Source: a virus
Taxonomy: Duplodnaviria; Caudoviricetes
Strand: one strand, 5' to 3'
IMG/VR virus record: IMGVR_UViG_3300038713_000166
Coordinates: 1-53,821 of that record
Length of the DNA: 53,821 nt
Shown: positions 39,008 through 48,711 of the stretch, piece by piece
Layout of the letters: each line of letters starts with the position of its first letter
How positions within the stretch are numbered: the stretch's first letter is position 1
Position numbers and translations under genes: made by a program
Notes under the pieces: generated by a model
Told to the model about the DNA's origin: nothing
The model's input: only the letters and a program-made list of their open reading frames with translations
Databases searched by the model: none

Positions 39008-40520
39008 CTGTCTCCTTATTTACATATAAATCCACTTCAGTAGTTTCAAATTTAGGAACCCACCAAACCCTTAAGCTATTCCACTTACCATCATCCATTT
39101 TTATTTTTTTCATGCCATTACATTTAGAATCATGATTTAAATCTTTCAATCTCTGTTGGATCTGTGGTCTATTAAAGGTAGTAAATCCCCTTTGTTTCAA
39201 AAACTCCTGCAGTCCTTTCATGGTAAAATATGTCAAGTCATCTTCTGTCCATGGTTTACCCATGGTCATTTCCTCGGGAGACTTTGCCCGAATACGGCTA
39301 GTGCAGTAGGTTTCTACGAGTTCTTTAAATTGACCCGTTAAAGTCAACTCTTCAGAAGCTTCTATTGATGTTGCAGTGGATAACAAGTTATTTACCAAAA
39401 CTTGCCAATCCCCTGGTTTAAACAACGGAGGCATAAAATCTATTTGTTCTATGCATGCACGTTGAAACTGTATAGGCATTTGTAATTGCTCTGTAGATAG
39501 CTCGAGTCTCTTACCATCCACGTCAAGAAAGAATAATCTTGGCTCTGACTTTAATATCGTAAGTCCACCAATCTCGGGCAACGTATCATGGCCACCGATT
39601 CCATACTTTGCTTGTTTACATGCCTTCTTATCACAATGACTCTGCATAGGTTCGTCCCTACACAGATACTCATAATCTTTTTTCTCATGTTGTTGTTGAA
39701 TTGTTACTATCTCAGATGCGGGTAATGGTGGTGAGCAATACTTCTGATTCCATGTCTCAAGCATTTGTTTCCAACTTTCTGGAAACTTCTTGATTGCATA
39801 CTTACCCGCATGAAACATAACCTTGTTCCTTTGACCTTCTGGAATACCAAGATTAAAAAATATACGTAAGCACCAGGGCGCATCATCAAATTCTTTTTTG
39901 TTATTGCCAAGATTAAGTTTAGCTAAATCTTCTAACGTTACTGTTTTCTTTTCTACGACTTCTAAAAATGTCTCAAGGGTCATCTCTTTACCCTTTTCAT
40001 CAACTGCATATCTTAAACTATTATCTGCATCAAAGTATGGAAGATTAATAAAGTTTCCTACATCTCCTCGATCTACAAGAATCTGATCTTGCTTTGGAAA
40101 TATCTCACAATTAGAATGACCTAATGCTGCGGCCATCTCTCCTAAGTAATCTCTTATATCTACTGCAGGATAATATTCTTTTAAAAATAAAAATAAATGT
40201 GCACCACCCGATTTACTTCTGCATACAACAAAAGGCAGTTTCATAGTCTTACATTTCTTTGCTATGTCTGCATGATCAATTGGGTACGTGTCTATATCCA
40301 ACACACCAAATTTACATTTGTTCTCACTAGTAATAGGTATTGATCCAATGCCCGTTGTCCCATCTAAGTGACCTTTAATTAAATCAATAGTCAAAGGTTC
40401 TTTAACGATGAAACTCTTAGCATCGGTCTTACCATTTTTTCTGACGTTACCAATAGTGGTTTGTCCATGCGCAGTGCTTGATCCCTCAAACACTGCCATA
40501 AACTTTTGATGAAGATCCAT
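38985..40520 (-). CDS. AEP-type primase with PriCT-like domain
   Basis: LDID, RSKSGGAH, GNFINLPY, EGQRN. Confidence 0.8.
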   Translation of the reverse strand: MDLHQKFMAVFEGSSTAHGQTTIGNVRKNGKTDAKSFIVKEPLTIDLIKGHLDGTTGIGSIPITSENKCKFGVLDIDTYPIDHADIAKKCKTMKLPFVVCRSKSGGAHLFLFLKEYYPAVDIRDYLGEMAAALGHSNCEIFPKQDQILVDRGDVGNFINLPYFDADNSLRYAVDEKGKEMTLETFLEVVEKKTVTLEDLAKLNLGNNKKEFDDAPWCLRIFFNLGIPEGQRNKVMFHAGKYAIKKFPESWKQMLETWNQKYCSPPLPASEIVTIQQQHEKKDYEYLCRDEPMQSHCDKKACKQAKYGIGGHDTLPEIGGLTILKSEPRLFFLDVDGKRLELSTEQLQMPIQFQRACIEQIDFMPPLFKPGDWQVLVNNLLSTATSIEASEELTLTGQFKELVETYCTSRIRAKSPEEMTMGKPWTEDDLTYFTMKGLQEFLKQRGFTTFNRPQIQQRLKDLNHDSKCNGMKKIKMDDGKWNSLRVWWVPKFETTEVDLYVNKETDDDEIPF

Positions 40521-41302
40521 TAAAAATGATCATCATCTACTTTAGTTGCCATTGGTTGGTCTACTATATCTTCGGCTCTAGCTTTTGCCTCGCCCTTCAT
40601 AACAGACTCTCTAAACTTCTTGGCCTCTTCAAACAAGCCTTTGTCCTGGACAAAACCAACTCTATCAAAAGTCCAATTGAAGAATGTACCTTGATCGTTA
40701 CTTTCTTCAACAGACTTAAACTTCCACATGGTTGCATATACTGCAGGCACACGTAGTATACCATTTTTGTCCTTGACTTTTTGCATTGCTATCTGAGTTT
40801 TCCATCGTCTGCTAACTTTAAGTTGTGATACTTTCATATCCATAATAGCTAACTGAGGAATGTCCCCATCAAGCACAATACAATAGTGCTGATCAGATTT
40901 AACAAGTTCATTGCCATTAGATAATATTTCTTTATTACCTTCACGTTTAGCTTGCTTAATCGCTGGATTGTCGGGAGCTATCTCGCCAACAAACCCTCCA
41001 CCTTGATCACGTGGTATGAACTCAAGATATTTAGTTTCTTGAAAACAAGGTATTACTGTTACACCTTCTTCTCCATCCCAAAACTGTCCCGTCACAGTAT
41101 TAAACATATCTCCTTGAGAACATCCACTGATGAACTTAGGATCTGTCTTTTTTAACTGTGGAGACATTGCTTGTACTAAACGTAGGAATGGTATTTGTAA
41201 TTCCGATGTATCGTAATCAATGCCATCGCCAGCGGTCTCAAAAATTTCATCTTCTATTGCAGAGGGAAGATTGTCCTCTTTTTTTGTTACTGCTTTTGAC
41301 AT
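40520..41302 (-). CDS. Probable ssDNA-binding / replication protein
   Basis: IPFLRLVQAMSPQ; acidic-aromatic C-terminus DDDHF; replication cluster. Confidence 0.55.
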   Translation of the reverse strand: MSKAVTKKEDNLPSAIEDEIFETAGDGIDYDTSELQIPFLRLVQAMSPQLKKTDPKFISGCSQGDMFNTVTGQFWDGEEGVTVIPCFQETKYLEFIPRDQGGGFVGEIAPDNPAIKQAKREGNKEILSNGNELVKSDQHYCIVLDGDIPQLAIMDMKVSQLKVSRRWKTQIAMQKVKDKNGILRVPAVYATMWKFKSVEESNDQGTFFNWTFDRVGFVQDKGLFEEAKKFRESVMKGEAKARAEDIVDQPMATKVDDDHF

Positions 41303-41304
41303 AA

Positions 41305-41862
41305 TTAACTCCTTTTAATGTCTGCTATTCTTGCTACATAGGCACCAAACAAATCAAGATCGATTGGTAAGCCTTTCTCAACACGTTCCCTAATGAATGC
41401 TTTTAATGTCATTTGGTGAATGTGTGTCTTTTTTTCGGGATGCATACCACGTTGCTCAAGGTCATACATAATGTCTCCAGCTATGTTATCCTCTCCCTTA
41501 CCAAATGACAGGATGACATCATTTTTTATAATATCATCAAGATCATTTTCTCTTAGCCACTGATAAGCTTCTTCTCGTCTTGTCGGTGGTATACTTGCAT
41601 TAATCAAAGGTTTTAAACTTACACTTAAATTTTCTACATCTAAACGTTGGACACCCATCTCATCCATCATAGCGGGTATTTGTTCCGTAGACATAAGATG
41701 CTTTTGTAATTTTAAGGATTTAAGTTCTTCTTCCTTTTCATTAATATCTATTGTAAGCTGATCCAAGTCTTTTACAAGTGAGGAGAGAGTTTTCATGTCC
41801 CCCTGCTGCACTTTGTCAAGTGTTGTATCATCAAACATTTCATCAAAAATTTTTTCAGCCAT
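41305..41862 (-). CDS. Replication-cluster hypothetical protein
   Basis: WLREN..DDIIKN...IHQMTLKAF; GAGGAG RBS. Confidence 0.75.
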   Translation of the reverse strand: MAEKIFDEMFDDTTLDKVQQGDMKTLSSLVKDLDQLTIDINEKEEELKSLKLQKHLMSTEQIPAMMDEMGVQRLDVENLSVSLKPLINASIPPTRREEAYQWLRENDLDDIIKNDVILSFGKGEDNIAGDIMYDLEQRGMHPEKKTHIHQMTLKAFIRERVEKGLPIDLDLFGAYVARIADIKRS

Positions 41863-41934
41863 TTAAGTATCTCCTCTTCAGGTTTGGGTTGAAATAAAAA
41901 AATTAATGTTTATATTGGAATATATAGGAGTTAA

Positions 41935-43419
41935 ATGATGGATGTCAACCACATAATGAAAACAAAACCATATAATCATCAAATTGATGCATTGAATAAA
42001 GCGAAAGACATGGGACTCTTTGGTTTTTTTATGGAAATGGGTACGGGTAAATCTAAGGTACTCATTGATAATATCGCTTGGTTGCGCCACAATAAAAAAA
42101 TAAATTTTGCATTAATACTAGCTCCAAAAGGTGTTTATCGTAATTGGGTGCAGAAAGAAATACCTACACATTTGTCAGATAGTATAGAACATAAATTACT
42201 ATATTGGCAGTCAAATACAAATAAAATGTATGAAAAAAAATTAAATGAATTTTTTAAAACCACAACCACGGCCATGAGAATATTTGTTATGAACATTGAG
42301 GCTTTTTCTAGTTCACGTGGAATCAAGGCGGGTAATTGGATTGCTAAGAAGTTCGGAAGTCGAGGACTTATAGCTATAGACGAATCAACTACAATTAAGA
42401 ATCCTAAAGCCAAAAGAACTAAATCATTAATTAAAATAGGTCGGGAGTTTGCATATAAACGTTTACTTACGGGATCGCCCGTGACTAAATCACCCTTGGA
42501 TCTATGGTCACAGTTTGAGTTCCTTGACCCAGGGATCTTAAATTTTAAAAGTTACTATGCTTTTCTTAATCGTCATGCAAATATATTAAAAAGAAACATT
42601 GGATCTCATACCTTTCAGCAAATTGTTGGATACAAAAGATTAGATGAACTGCTTGGTAAAATAGATCCATACATATTTAGAGTGTTGAAAGTGGATTGCA
42701 TAGACTTACCCGATAAAATTTATACAACTCGTTTCATCGAATCAACTGATGAACAAAAAAGAATGTATAGCAAGATACAAAGAGAGGCTATCTTATTGCT
42801 TGATGTCGCTTCAACTGTAACTGCGCCCATGGTTATAACTCAAATGTTACGATTGCAGCAGATACTATCGGGACATCTTAAGACAGATGAGGGTAATATA
42901 ATTGAATTTAAAACCAATAGGTTAACTGAGTTACTTAATATATGTGATGAAGTAACGGGTAAGATACTTATTTATTCAAGGTTTAGGTACGATATTATTT
43001 CGATTAAAAACAAACTTGAGAGTTTATATGGCAAAGATTCTGTTGGCGCATACTTTGGAGATACAACACAAGAAGAAAGAGTTCGGGTTGTTGAGGCTTT
43101 TGAAGATCCCGATAATCCAATGAGATTCTTTATAGGTAATCCATCAACTGCTGGATATGGTATAACTTTAAATCAAGCGAATACTGTAGTTTATTATGCA
43201 AATGATTTTAATTTAGAAACTAGAATGCAATCTGAAGACCGATGTCATCGCATTGGTCAAACCAACAAAGTAACATACATAGATTTAATTACAGAAAACA
43301 CAATCGATGAAAAGATTGTAAAAGCTCTTAAAGATAAAATAGATATAGGCGCAAAGGTATTAGGAGAGGAGGCAAGGCAATGGCTGAAGATAGACCCAAA
43401 ACAGAAAACAATGTTATAG
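41935..43419 (+). CDS. SNF2-family helicase
   Basis: MEMGTGKS, DES, LTGSP, QSEDRCHRIGQ. Confidence 0.9.
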   Translation: MMDVNHIMKTKPYNHQIDALNKAKDMGLFGFFMEMGTGKSKVLIDNIAWLRHNKKINFALILAPKGVYRNWVQKEIPTHLSDSIEHKLLYWQSNTNKMYEKKLNEFFKTTTTAMRIFVMNIEAFSSSRGIKAGNWIAKKFGSRGLIAIDESTTIKNPKAKRTKSLIKIGREFAYKRLLTGSPVTKSPLDLWSQFEFLDPGILNFKSYYAFLNRHANILKRNIGSHTFQQIVGYKRLDELLGKIDPYIFRVLKVDCIDLPDKIYTTRFIESTDEQKRMYSKIQREAILLLDVASTVTAPMVITQMLRLQQILSGHLKTDEGNIIEFKTNRLTELLNICDEVTGKILIYSRFRYDIISIKNKLESLYGKDSVGAYFGDTTQEERVRVVEAFEDPDNPMRFFIGNPSTAGYGITLNQANTVVYYANDFNLETRMQSEDRCHRIGQTNKVTYIDLITENTIDEKIVKALKDKIDIGAKVLGEEARQWLKIDPKQKTML

Positions 43420-43538
43420 ATTTTAACCAGGCTAAACAAAAATTAGAAAATATTAAGTCAACAACAACAGTTCTTAAAGATTTAATAGAAGATGACGAAG
43501 AATACTACTTTGAAATAGAATTTGACAATGATGAATAA
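43380..43538 (+). CDS. 52-aa acidic peptide (not in ORF track)
   Basis: GGAGG RBS; MAEDRPKTENNVIDF...EIEFDNDE*. Confidence 0.5.
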   Translation: MAEDRPKTENNVIDFNQAKQKLENIKSTTTVLKDLIEDDEEYYFEIEFDNDE

Positions 43539-43584
43539 AAAAAGTCTTGATTTAAGAGCCATACAGTAGGGGTAAAGGTAGTCC

Positions 43585-44064
43585 CTAGTATGATTCTACC
43601 TCCCATCTGAACTTCATTTGGCCATAAATTGGTTGCCATTTTCTATCTCTGTCTTTACGTGACCACCCTTTACTTGGCTTGGTTTCTCCAACAATCTTCC
43701 ATCCCGATCCTTTTAAACTAGATCCCGATTCAGATTGTAAAGTGTAAGTAATCATTCTAAGTCCACCCATCTGCTGCCACACCCTCCAAGATCTACCATA
43801 TAAAAAAGAGCATGTGTTTTTTGGACTATCTTCCTTGGCGCAAACCCTTAACACTTCCATAGTAAAACCATCATTCATTAAGCGAGCTACGGGATTGCCT
43901 ATTATTGCAACCCCGACTAACTTGCCCTCGAACCCCGCACCAATTGCAAACCTACAATTTTTTACGGGATCATTGTGTCTGTGAAAGTTAAGTATAAATT
44001 CATTAGCTTCTTTTATACTTATTGGTAATGGATGTAGTTTCAAGATTTCTTTACTCGAATACAA
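43585..44064 (-). CDS. XF1762/Mom-like GNAT-fold protein
   Basis: EANEFI..FHRH...VGVAIIGNPVAR...EVLRVC...CSFLY...ITYTL.SESGSSL. Confidence 0.75.
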   Translation of the reverse strand: MYSSKEILKLHPLPISIKEANEFILNFHRHNDPVKNCRFAIGAGFEGKLVGVAIIGNPVARLMNDGFTMEVLRVCAKEDSPKNTCSFLYGRSWRVWQQMGGLRMITYTLQSESGSSLKGSGWKIVGETKPSKGWSRKDRDRKWQPIYGQMKFRWEVESY

Positions 44065-44267
44065 TCATCTAAAATTATCTTTTGATTCTTGGGTAATTCA
44101 TAAATTCTATACCGAACTAACTTTAATTCACATTGCTGCAGAGATTCAAACTCCCACTTAAACATGTGAGTAAAGCATTGTTGTTGAGGTTCGCCATTTA
44201 TAATCCAAACACTACATATAAGAGCCATTGCTTTAAACATGCCACCAACTCCTACTGCCTTTGCCAC
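44040..44267 (-). CDS. Small Cys-containing hypothetical protein
   Basis: MFKAMALICS...C...C; overlaps neighbours. Confidence 0.55.
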   Translation of the reverse strand: MAKAVGVGGMFKAMALICSVWIINGEPQQQCFTHMFKWEFESLQQCELKLVRYRIYELPKNQKIILDDCIRVKKS

Positions 44268-44442
44268 GAATCTTTTTTATAGTAGTTTCAAATTCCTTAA
44301 TTGATTCTGTTAGATCCATAACCATATCAAGACCTAACATCACACCACGATATTCATCATCTGAAACTTTGTCCTTTGTTAATCTTATGTGTTCTTCATA
44401 TAAACATCTTAAGTGGTTAATCCTTTTTTGTGTAATCGTCAT
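44233..44442 (-). CDS. Hypothetical protein
   Basis: AAGGAGG RBS upstream. Confidence 0.55.
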   Translation of the reverse strand: MTITQKRINHLRCLYEEHIRLTKDKVSDDEYRGVMLGLDMVMDLTESIKEFETTIKKIRGKGSRSWWHV

Positions 44443-45445
44443 TCATTGCCTCCTTTATTGATAATCCGATTTGCATTGCTATTTGTGGTACGATTGCATT
44501 ACCTAATCCTCTAAGTCTGTCCACCCTGGAGGGTATCCCATAAGCCACTCGACCCACATTGGGTTCAACGTCCCACCAACTTCTTGCTCGTTCTTGCGCT
44601 GATCCGTCTGTACTGCGGTTATTAAATTTACCATGTGATTCTTCTCTTGCAAGTTCTTCTCTGACCGAGGTCCTCGATTCCCGTCCCATGCATTTGGAGT
44701 TGGCCACATTCTTGTCTCCGCTACTTTTTGTCCCAATGTCGGTGATCTCGTCCCCTTTTGTACTGATGGTGGGACTATGTTTATCGAGTCCTTGTAATCC
44801 CTCGCTCTCGGTGTCGGCCAAAGAGCCATTGTCTTTTCGTCTACTTGTTCCCGAAGATTGCTCGGCTTGGCTCTGCCCTTGCGATGTCCCTCTTGAAGTT
44901 TCTTGGTTGCCTCTTCTGATCTTGGAGGCAAGTGATCCATCGTGTTCGGAGTTGCCCACAATCCAGAGTCGATCACGCTTGTGGGGTGCATTAAGGCTAC
45001 AAGCTGGTACAACAAACGTTTGTGTGGAGTAACCTTCACTTTCCATGTCGTGTAACACTTGGTCGAGACCCATGGCAATGTGACCATAAACATTCTCGAA
45101 AACACACCAAGTCGGGTGTTTTCTTTTGACAATCTCAAACACGAATCTCCAGATGTTTCTCTCATCTTCCTCGCCTCTTCGTTGTCCCGCAACGGAAAAT
45201 GGTTGGCACGGATATCCTGATGTGAGGATGTCGTGGTCGGGAATAGTTCGGGTTGATTCGGGTCGGTCATTTACTAACTCCTTTACGTCATTAAAGATCG
45301 GGATGTTCGGGAAATTTTTAGCCAGGACTTTCTGACAATACGGGTCAATCTCACAAAATGCAACGGGTTCTGAAAGTGCTGCCCAACGAAAACCGAGGGA
45401 AAATCCCCCGATCCCCGAACAGACATCAAAGTGCCTTAGCATCAT
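44417..45445 (-). CDS. DNA cytosine-C5 methyltransferase, alpha polypeptide
   Basis: Motif I DVCSGIGGF, IV GYPCQPFS, VI FENV, VIII HKRDR, X LGNAIVP; no motif IX in this frame. Confidence 0.9.
   Translation of the reverse strand: MMLRHFDVCSGIGGFSLGFRWAALSEPVAFCEIDPYCQKVLAKNFPNIPIFNDVKELVNDRPESTRTIPDHDILTSGYPCQPFSVAGQRRGEEDERNIWRFVFEIVKRKHPTWCVFENVYGHIAMGLDQVLHDMESEGYSTQTFVVPACSLNAPHKRDRLWIVGNSEHDGSLASKIRRGNQETSRGTSQGQSQAEQSSGTSRRKDNGSLADTESEGLQGLDKHSPTISTKGDEITDIGTKSSGDKNVANSKCMGRESRTSVREELAREESHGKFNNRSTDGSAQERARSWWDVEPNVGRVAYGIPSRVDRLRGLGNAIVPQIAMQIGLSIKEAMNDDYTKKD
44503..45270 (-). CDS. Nested alternative-frame methyltransferase beta polypeptide (motif IX plus W(P/A)TP repeats)
   Basis: 255 aa; AAGGAG 7 nt before the ATG; ends LNPMWVEWLMGYPPGWT. 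Confidence 0.75.
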   Translation of the reverse strand: MTDPNQPELFPTTTSSHQDIRANHFPLRDNEEARKMRETSGDSCLRLSKENTRLGVFSRMFMVTLPWVSTKCYTTWKVKVTPHKRLLYQLVALMHPTSVIDSGLWATPNTMDHLPPRSEEATKKLQEGHRKGRAKPSNLREQVDEKTMALWPTPRARDYKDSINIVPPSVQKGTRSPTLGQKVAETRMWPTPNAWDGNRGPRSEKNLQEKNHMVNLITAVQTDQRKNEQEVGGTLNPMWVEWLMGYPPGWTDLED

Positions 45446-45815
45446 TTTTTATTTTTCCAAATAAAAAAGGAATTATTTGTTCATCTTGTATTTCAAAACC
45501 AAATTCCTTGTTTATGTACAGTCGCACCTCTTGTAGTAAAACTCTTTGTGTTCTTATAAAACAAAATATTTTTTCTTTTGTTTCACTTGGAATTAAATTT
45601 TCAAAAGAAGTTTCTAAACAGTTTGCAATTGTTTGAATTGCTTTTTCATCAACTCTAAAACAAGACAATCCCTCTTTATTATCAAAGTTTTTATCTTCTA
45701 TTCTTCTTAAAGTCATATAAGGCAACTCAACCATTTTAGCAAATCCTCTTTGACTAAGACCTTTTTCTTCCCTTAACTCTCTAACTTTTTGACCATAAAT
45801 TTTATATCTCATCAC
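45426..45815 (-). CDS. XRE-family HTH regulator
   Basis: GQKVRELREEKGLSQRGFAKMV...TLRRIE. Confidence 0.8.
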   Translation of the reverse strand: MMRYKIYGQKVRELREEKGLSQRGFAKMVELPYMTLRRIEDKNFDNKEGLSCFRVDEKAIQTIANCLETSFENLIPSETKEKIFCFIRTQRVLLQEVRLYINKEFGFEIQDEQIIPFLFGKIKNDAKAL

Positions 45816-46120
45816 TTACCTCCTCAAGTTCTTCGAAATGTCTGATAAGCATATCTAAACTTTCACAAGCACCACGATATTCTGCACGTGAATGACTATC
45901 ATTGCCCTCATAAAAATCTTCTTTTATATCCTTAACTGCATTTTTTAGTCGTTCTAATGTAATCATAGTTTTTTCTCTTCATCTAATTGATCATTATACA
46001 AAACTAATCCAAAGTCATATCCTTGTTTATAGTAATGTGATTTATTGGTTTCACTTCTGATGCCATACATCAAAGCATCATAAGTCCCATCTTTAAAATT
46101 AATTAAATCTTGTTCTGACA

Positions 46121-46585
46121 TCACACACCTCGCTGAATCTTAGACCATGCTATATTCAATCGGTCATAATTAAATGGAACGTTACGACTCTTCATCATTA
46201 GCATCGCTTTTTCTATTGTTACTAATGCTTGATGATATGTCATTTTCTCATCGATTCTTGTGAGCTTGTATATACGATCCATGACCCTCGGATCATGGCC
46301 ACCTACACTCCATTCAATCGGGTCAGTCCAAATACTTTTCTTTTGTTTGTAATCGTAAATTGTTGCAAGTAACCCATCTTCAAATTCTATTAGCCATTGA
46401 AATCTTATATCATTATCTTCAGTTGTGATTGGATTTCCGAATAATTCAACTAACTCCTCAAAAGATACATTTTCAAATGACCCAAAAAAATGAGTGCCGA
46501 CCATTTTGTTCAGCACTACATTTCGATTTAAAGATTGTTGGATTGGAACATAATTATACGATTGTAATTCTATAACTTGACTCAT
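46121..46585 (-). CDS. Hypothetical early protein
   Basis: GGAGG RBS before MSQVIEL; ATIYDYK...WSVGG. Confidence 0.65.
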   Translation of the reverse strand: MSQVIELQSYNYVPIQQSLNRNVVLNKMVGTHFFGSFENVSFEELVELFGNPITTEDNDIRFQWLIEFEDGLLATIYDYKQKKSIWTDPIEWSVGGHDPRVMDRIYKLTRIDEKMTYHQALVTIEKAMLMMKSRNVPFNYDRLNIAWSKIQRGV

Positions 46586-46769
46586 TTGTACCTCCATTGT
46601 CATTATAAAATATTGATCCATTGCCATTGCAAGTCTTACAGTTCAATAAGTCATGTTGTGTGGGAGTATATCCATGACCCCCACACTCATAACATCGAAC
46701 TTCGATGTAAGGCTCTTTTCCAGTAGGGATCACGAACCTTGCATCTTCAGTTTCAAATATTACTTTCAT
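46554..46769 (-). CDS. DnaJ-type zinc-finger small protein
   Basis: CYECGGHG...CKTCNGNG. Confidence 0.65.
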   Translation of the reverse strand: MKVIFETEDARFVIPTGKEPYIEVRCYECGGHGYTPTQHDLLNCKTCNGNGSIFYNDNGGTNESSYRITIV

Positions 46770-46774
46770 TGAAC

Positions 46775-47215
46775 TTACCATGATGCTTGATAATAAACAT
46801 ACCTAGGTTGCATATACAACTTAGATTCTTTCATCATCTTTGCACCCTCTTGCAAAAAGGTTTTTGCTCTTTGAAGAATTGAAATGGCACGATCTTTTTC
46901 TTTTTTATCGTAGTGACCAAGTGCTTTTGAATTACCAAAGAAAAAACCCTCATGATCTTTTTCAAGTTCATCGTTTTTAATTGCCTTGATAATTTTATCT
47001 AAATCATCTTCAGATAATTCTATCTTCTGACATTCATCAACACCCTTTGCAAAAGTATTGATAATATAACCATGCAAATCTGCATGCTTTCGCCAATATC
47101 CAAGATCAACATTCATTGATTCAATATGATATTTATTATCTAACATTGGTCTTGGGACATCATCCTTATAAGCAGTATTATAGTGATGACCTACTAAGTA
47201 CATATCTAAACCCAT
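46775..47215 (-). CDS. Phage hypothetical protein (MGLDMY...YWRK...YQASW type)
   Basis: GGAGG RBS; recognisable motifs. Confidence 0.75.
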   Translation of the reverse strand: MGLDMYLVGHHYNTAYKDDVPRPMLDNKYHIESMNVDLGYWRKHADLHGYIINTFAKGVDECQKIELSEDDLDKIIKAIKNDELEKDHEGFFFGNSKALGHYDKKEKDRAISILQRAKTFLQEGAKMMKESKLYMQPRYVYYQASW

Positions 47216-47246
47216 AATTTACCTCCATTGGTTAGGTTAGTTAGTT

Positions 47247-47290
47247 TGTCTTATGTAGTATTATATAATATGTAAATGAAAAAGTACAAC
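47247..47290 (-). promoter_or_regulatory. Sigma70-like promoter with ATACTACATAAGACA box
   Basis: TTGTAC-N18-TATAAT on the minus strand; box at 47247-47261. Confidence 0.6.
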
Positions 47291-47415
47291 ACTAAAATAA
47301 AAAAAGAGCCAGAAAATTAATCCTAGCTCTTTTTCCTAACCAAACTGCATAGTGTATTTGACAATTACATGGAGGTATGCAGATGGTAATTTTTTAAACT
47401 TTCAAAAATCATTGG

Positions 47416-47679
47416 TCAAGTTTTATACTTGTTTTTATTTCTATTATATCTTGACCTACAAGTGCTAGAACAAGTTTGTTTGTATTTGCCTTTTGGACTA
47501 CTTACTTTTATATTCATTACTTTTGAACAAACTATGCACAATTTTTGATAAGTGATTGAGTTTCTAAAATTTTCAAGTGCTAATTTATAATCAGAGTCCA
47601 AAATTAAAATTTTTTCTTGAAATTCTTTTTCAGCATCCTCTTTCGTCCTTAACATCATAATTCTGCATCGAAGTGACAT
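47416..47679 (-). CDS. Zinc-finger hypothetical protein
   Basis: CIVC...TCSSTCR. Confidence 0.55.
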   Translation of the reverse strand: MSLRCRIMMLRTKEDAEKEFQEKILILDSDYKLALENFRNSITYQKLCIVCSKVMNIKVSSPKGKYKQTCSSTCRSRYNRNKNKYKT

Positions 47680-48047
47680 TGACCATGATTCTTAATACAA
47701 TCATGAATTTGTTGACCAAGACCTAATCTTGCATACCACTCAAGATAGTACATAACATTTTCCTCAGTATATTCTATATTAGTTTTCTTGTTTAAAAACT
47801 CTGCCAACATTTCATTATTGTAACTTTCTTGTTCATTAAAAAAATCATCCAAATGTTTTTTGTAGTCGCCTAAACGATTTTTACAGTTTTTAATACCCTC
47901 TTTAACTTTTGGTAAATCATCGTCATCATACCAATATTCTAATAAATTAGGTCGTTCGCCCTCGACACCAAAATAATCAGCATCGTCACTTGGTTGAACT
48001 GCAAACCAAAATTTACCATCAATGTCTCCACTATAATGTCTACCCAT
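47655..48047 (-). CDS. Hypothetical early protein
   Basis: MGRHYSGDIDGKFWFAVQ; GAGGAG RBS. Confidence 0.7.
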   Translation of the reverse strand: MGRHYSGDIDGKFWFAVQPSDDADYFGVEGERPNLLEYWYDDDDLPKVKEGIKNCKNRLGDYKKHLDDFFNEQESYNNEMLAEFLNKKTNIEYTEENVMYYLEWYARLGLGQQIHDCIKNHGQCHFDAEL

Positions 48048-48303
48048 TTTTGTTCTCCTCTACATCAAACCAAGTGTCTTCCCAATCAAGTCTGCCTAAG
48101 TGTCTATCAACTGTAAACGACATAAGAGGTTCTTGACTATAGTCTTTTGATTTAGGGATGTACTCTGCGACATCAATCTGAAGATTTCCGTTTGTCTCTT
48201 CATCTTGATTCAAGGTAATAATAAATCCCTTATATTGAAAGCTAATTGACTCTGCATGTTCTCGTATATCTTTTATTAAGAAAGCTTTTAAATTATCTGC
48301 CAT
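48040..48303 (-). CDS. Hypothetical early protein
   Basis: GAGGAG RBS, coupled. Confidence 0.65.
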   Translation of the reverse strand: MADNLKAFLIKDIREHAESISFQYKGFIITLNQDEETNGNLQIDVAEYIPKSKDYSQEPLMSFTVDRHLGRLDWEDTWFDVEENKNG

Positions 48304-48517
48304 TTTTATTCTCCTCTACATAATTAGATTGATGTTCATACCAAGCATCATTCAATTCTCCCATAATATCTTGATCTGACATTGGTCTTACTAAATGAAA
48401 ATGTGGCATCATCTTTGTCACAAATTCAGTCCGTCTCTCGGATTCAAACATAGTCGATAAGGCTTTATCCCAAAACTCAACTTCTTGATCCATCATCATT
48501 TGTTTTACTTTACCCAT
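48293..48517 (-). CDS. Hypothetical early protein
   Basis: MGKVKQMMMD; GGAGG RBS. Confidence 0.65.
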   Translation of the reverse strand: MGKVKQMMMDQEVEFWDKALSTMFESERRTEFVTKMMPHFHLVRPMSDQDIMGELNDAWYEHQSNYVEENKNGR

Positions 48518-48711
48518 TATTTACCTCCATGGTTTTGTGCTAAATCCCAAACTCGACAAAATTTATCAAGCCATTGAATCTGAATGTTGGTCAAATTCCT
48601 ACGACCATTTACTCCATCGAACCTTAAATCATCGGCACTTGGTAATGGGGAGATGCCATTGGCATGTCCCCACTTGTTATAAATCTCAACTAATTTATCT
48701 ATTCTGTTCAT
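48517..48711 (-). CDS. Hypothetical early protein
   Basis: Coupled 64-aa ORF. Confidence 0.6.
   Translation of the reverse strand: MNRIDKLVEIYNKWGHANGISPLPSADDLRFDGVNGRRNLTNIQIQWLDKFCRVWDLAQNHGGK

Noticed and set aside
42310-42326. Additional degenerate parS (TAGTTCACGTGGAATC)
   Set aside because: Several mismatches in the outer arms; only the CACGTG core is shared, which is compatible with chance.
44559-45032. 157-aa plus-strand ORF opposite the methyltransferase
   Set aside because: Antisense shadow of a dual-coding, more GC-rich segment; no RBS or motif.
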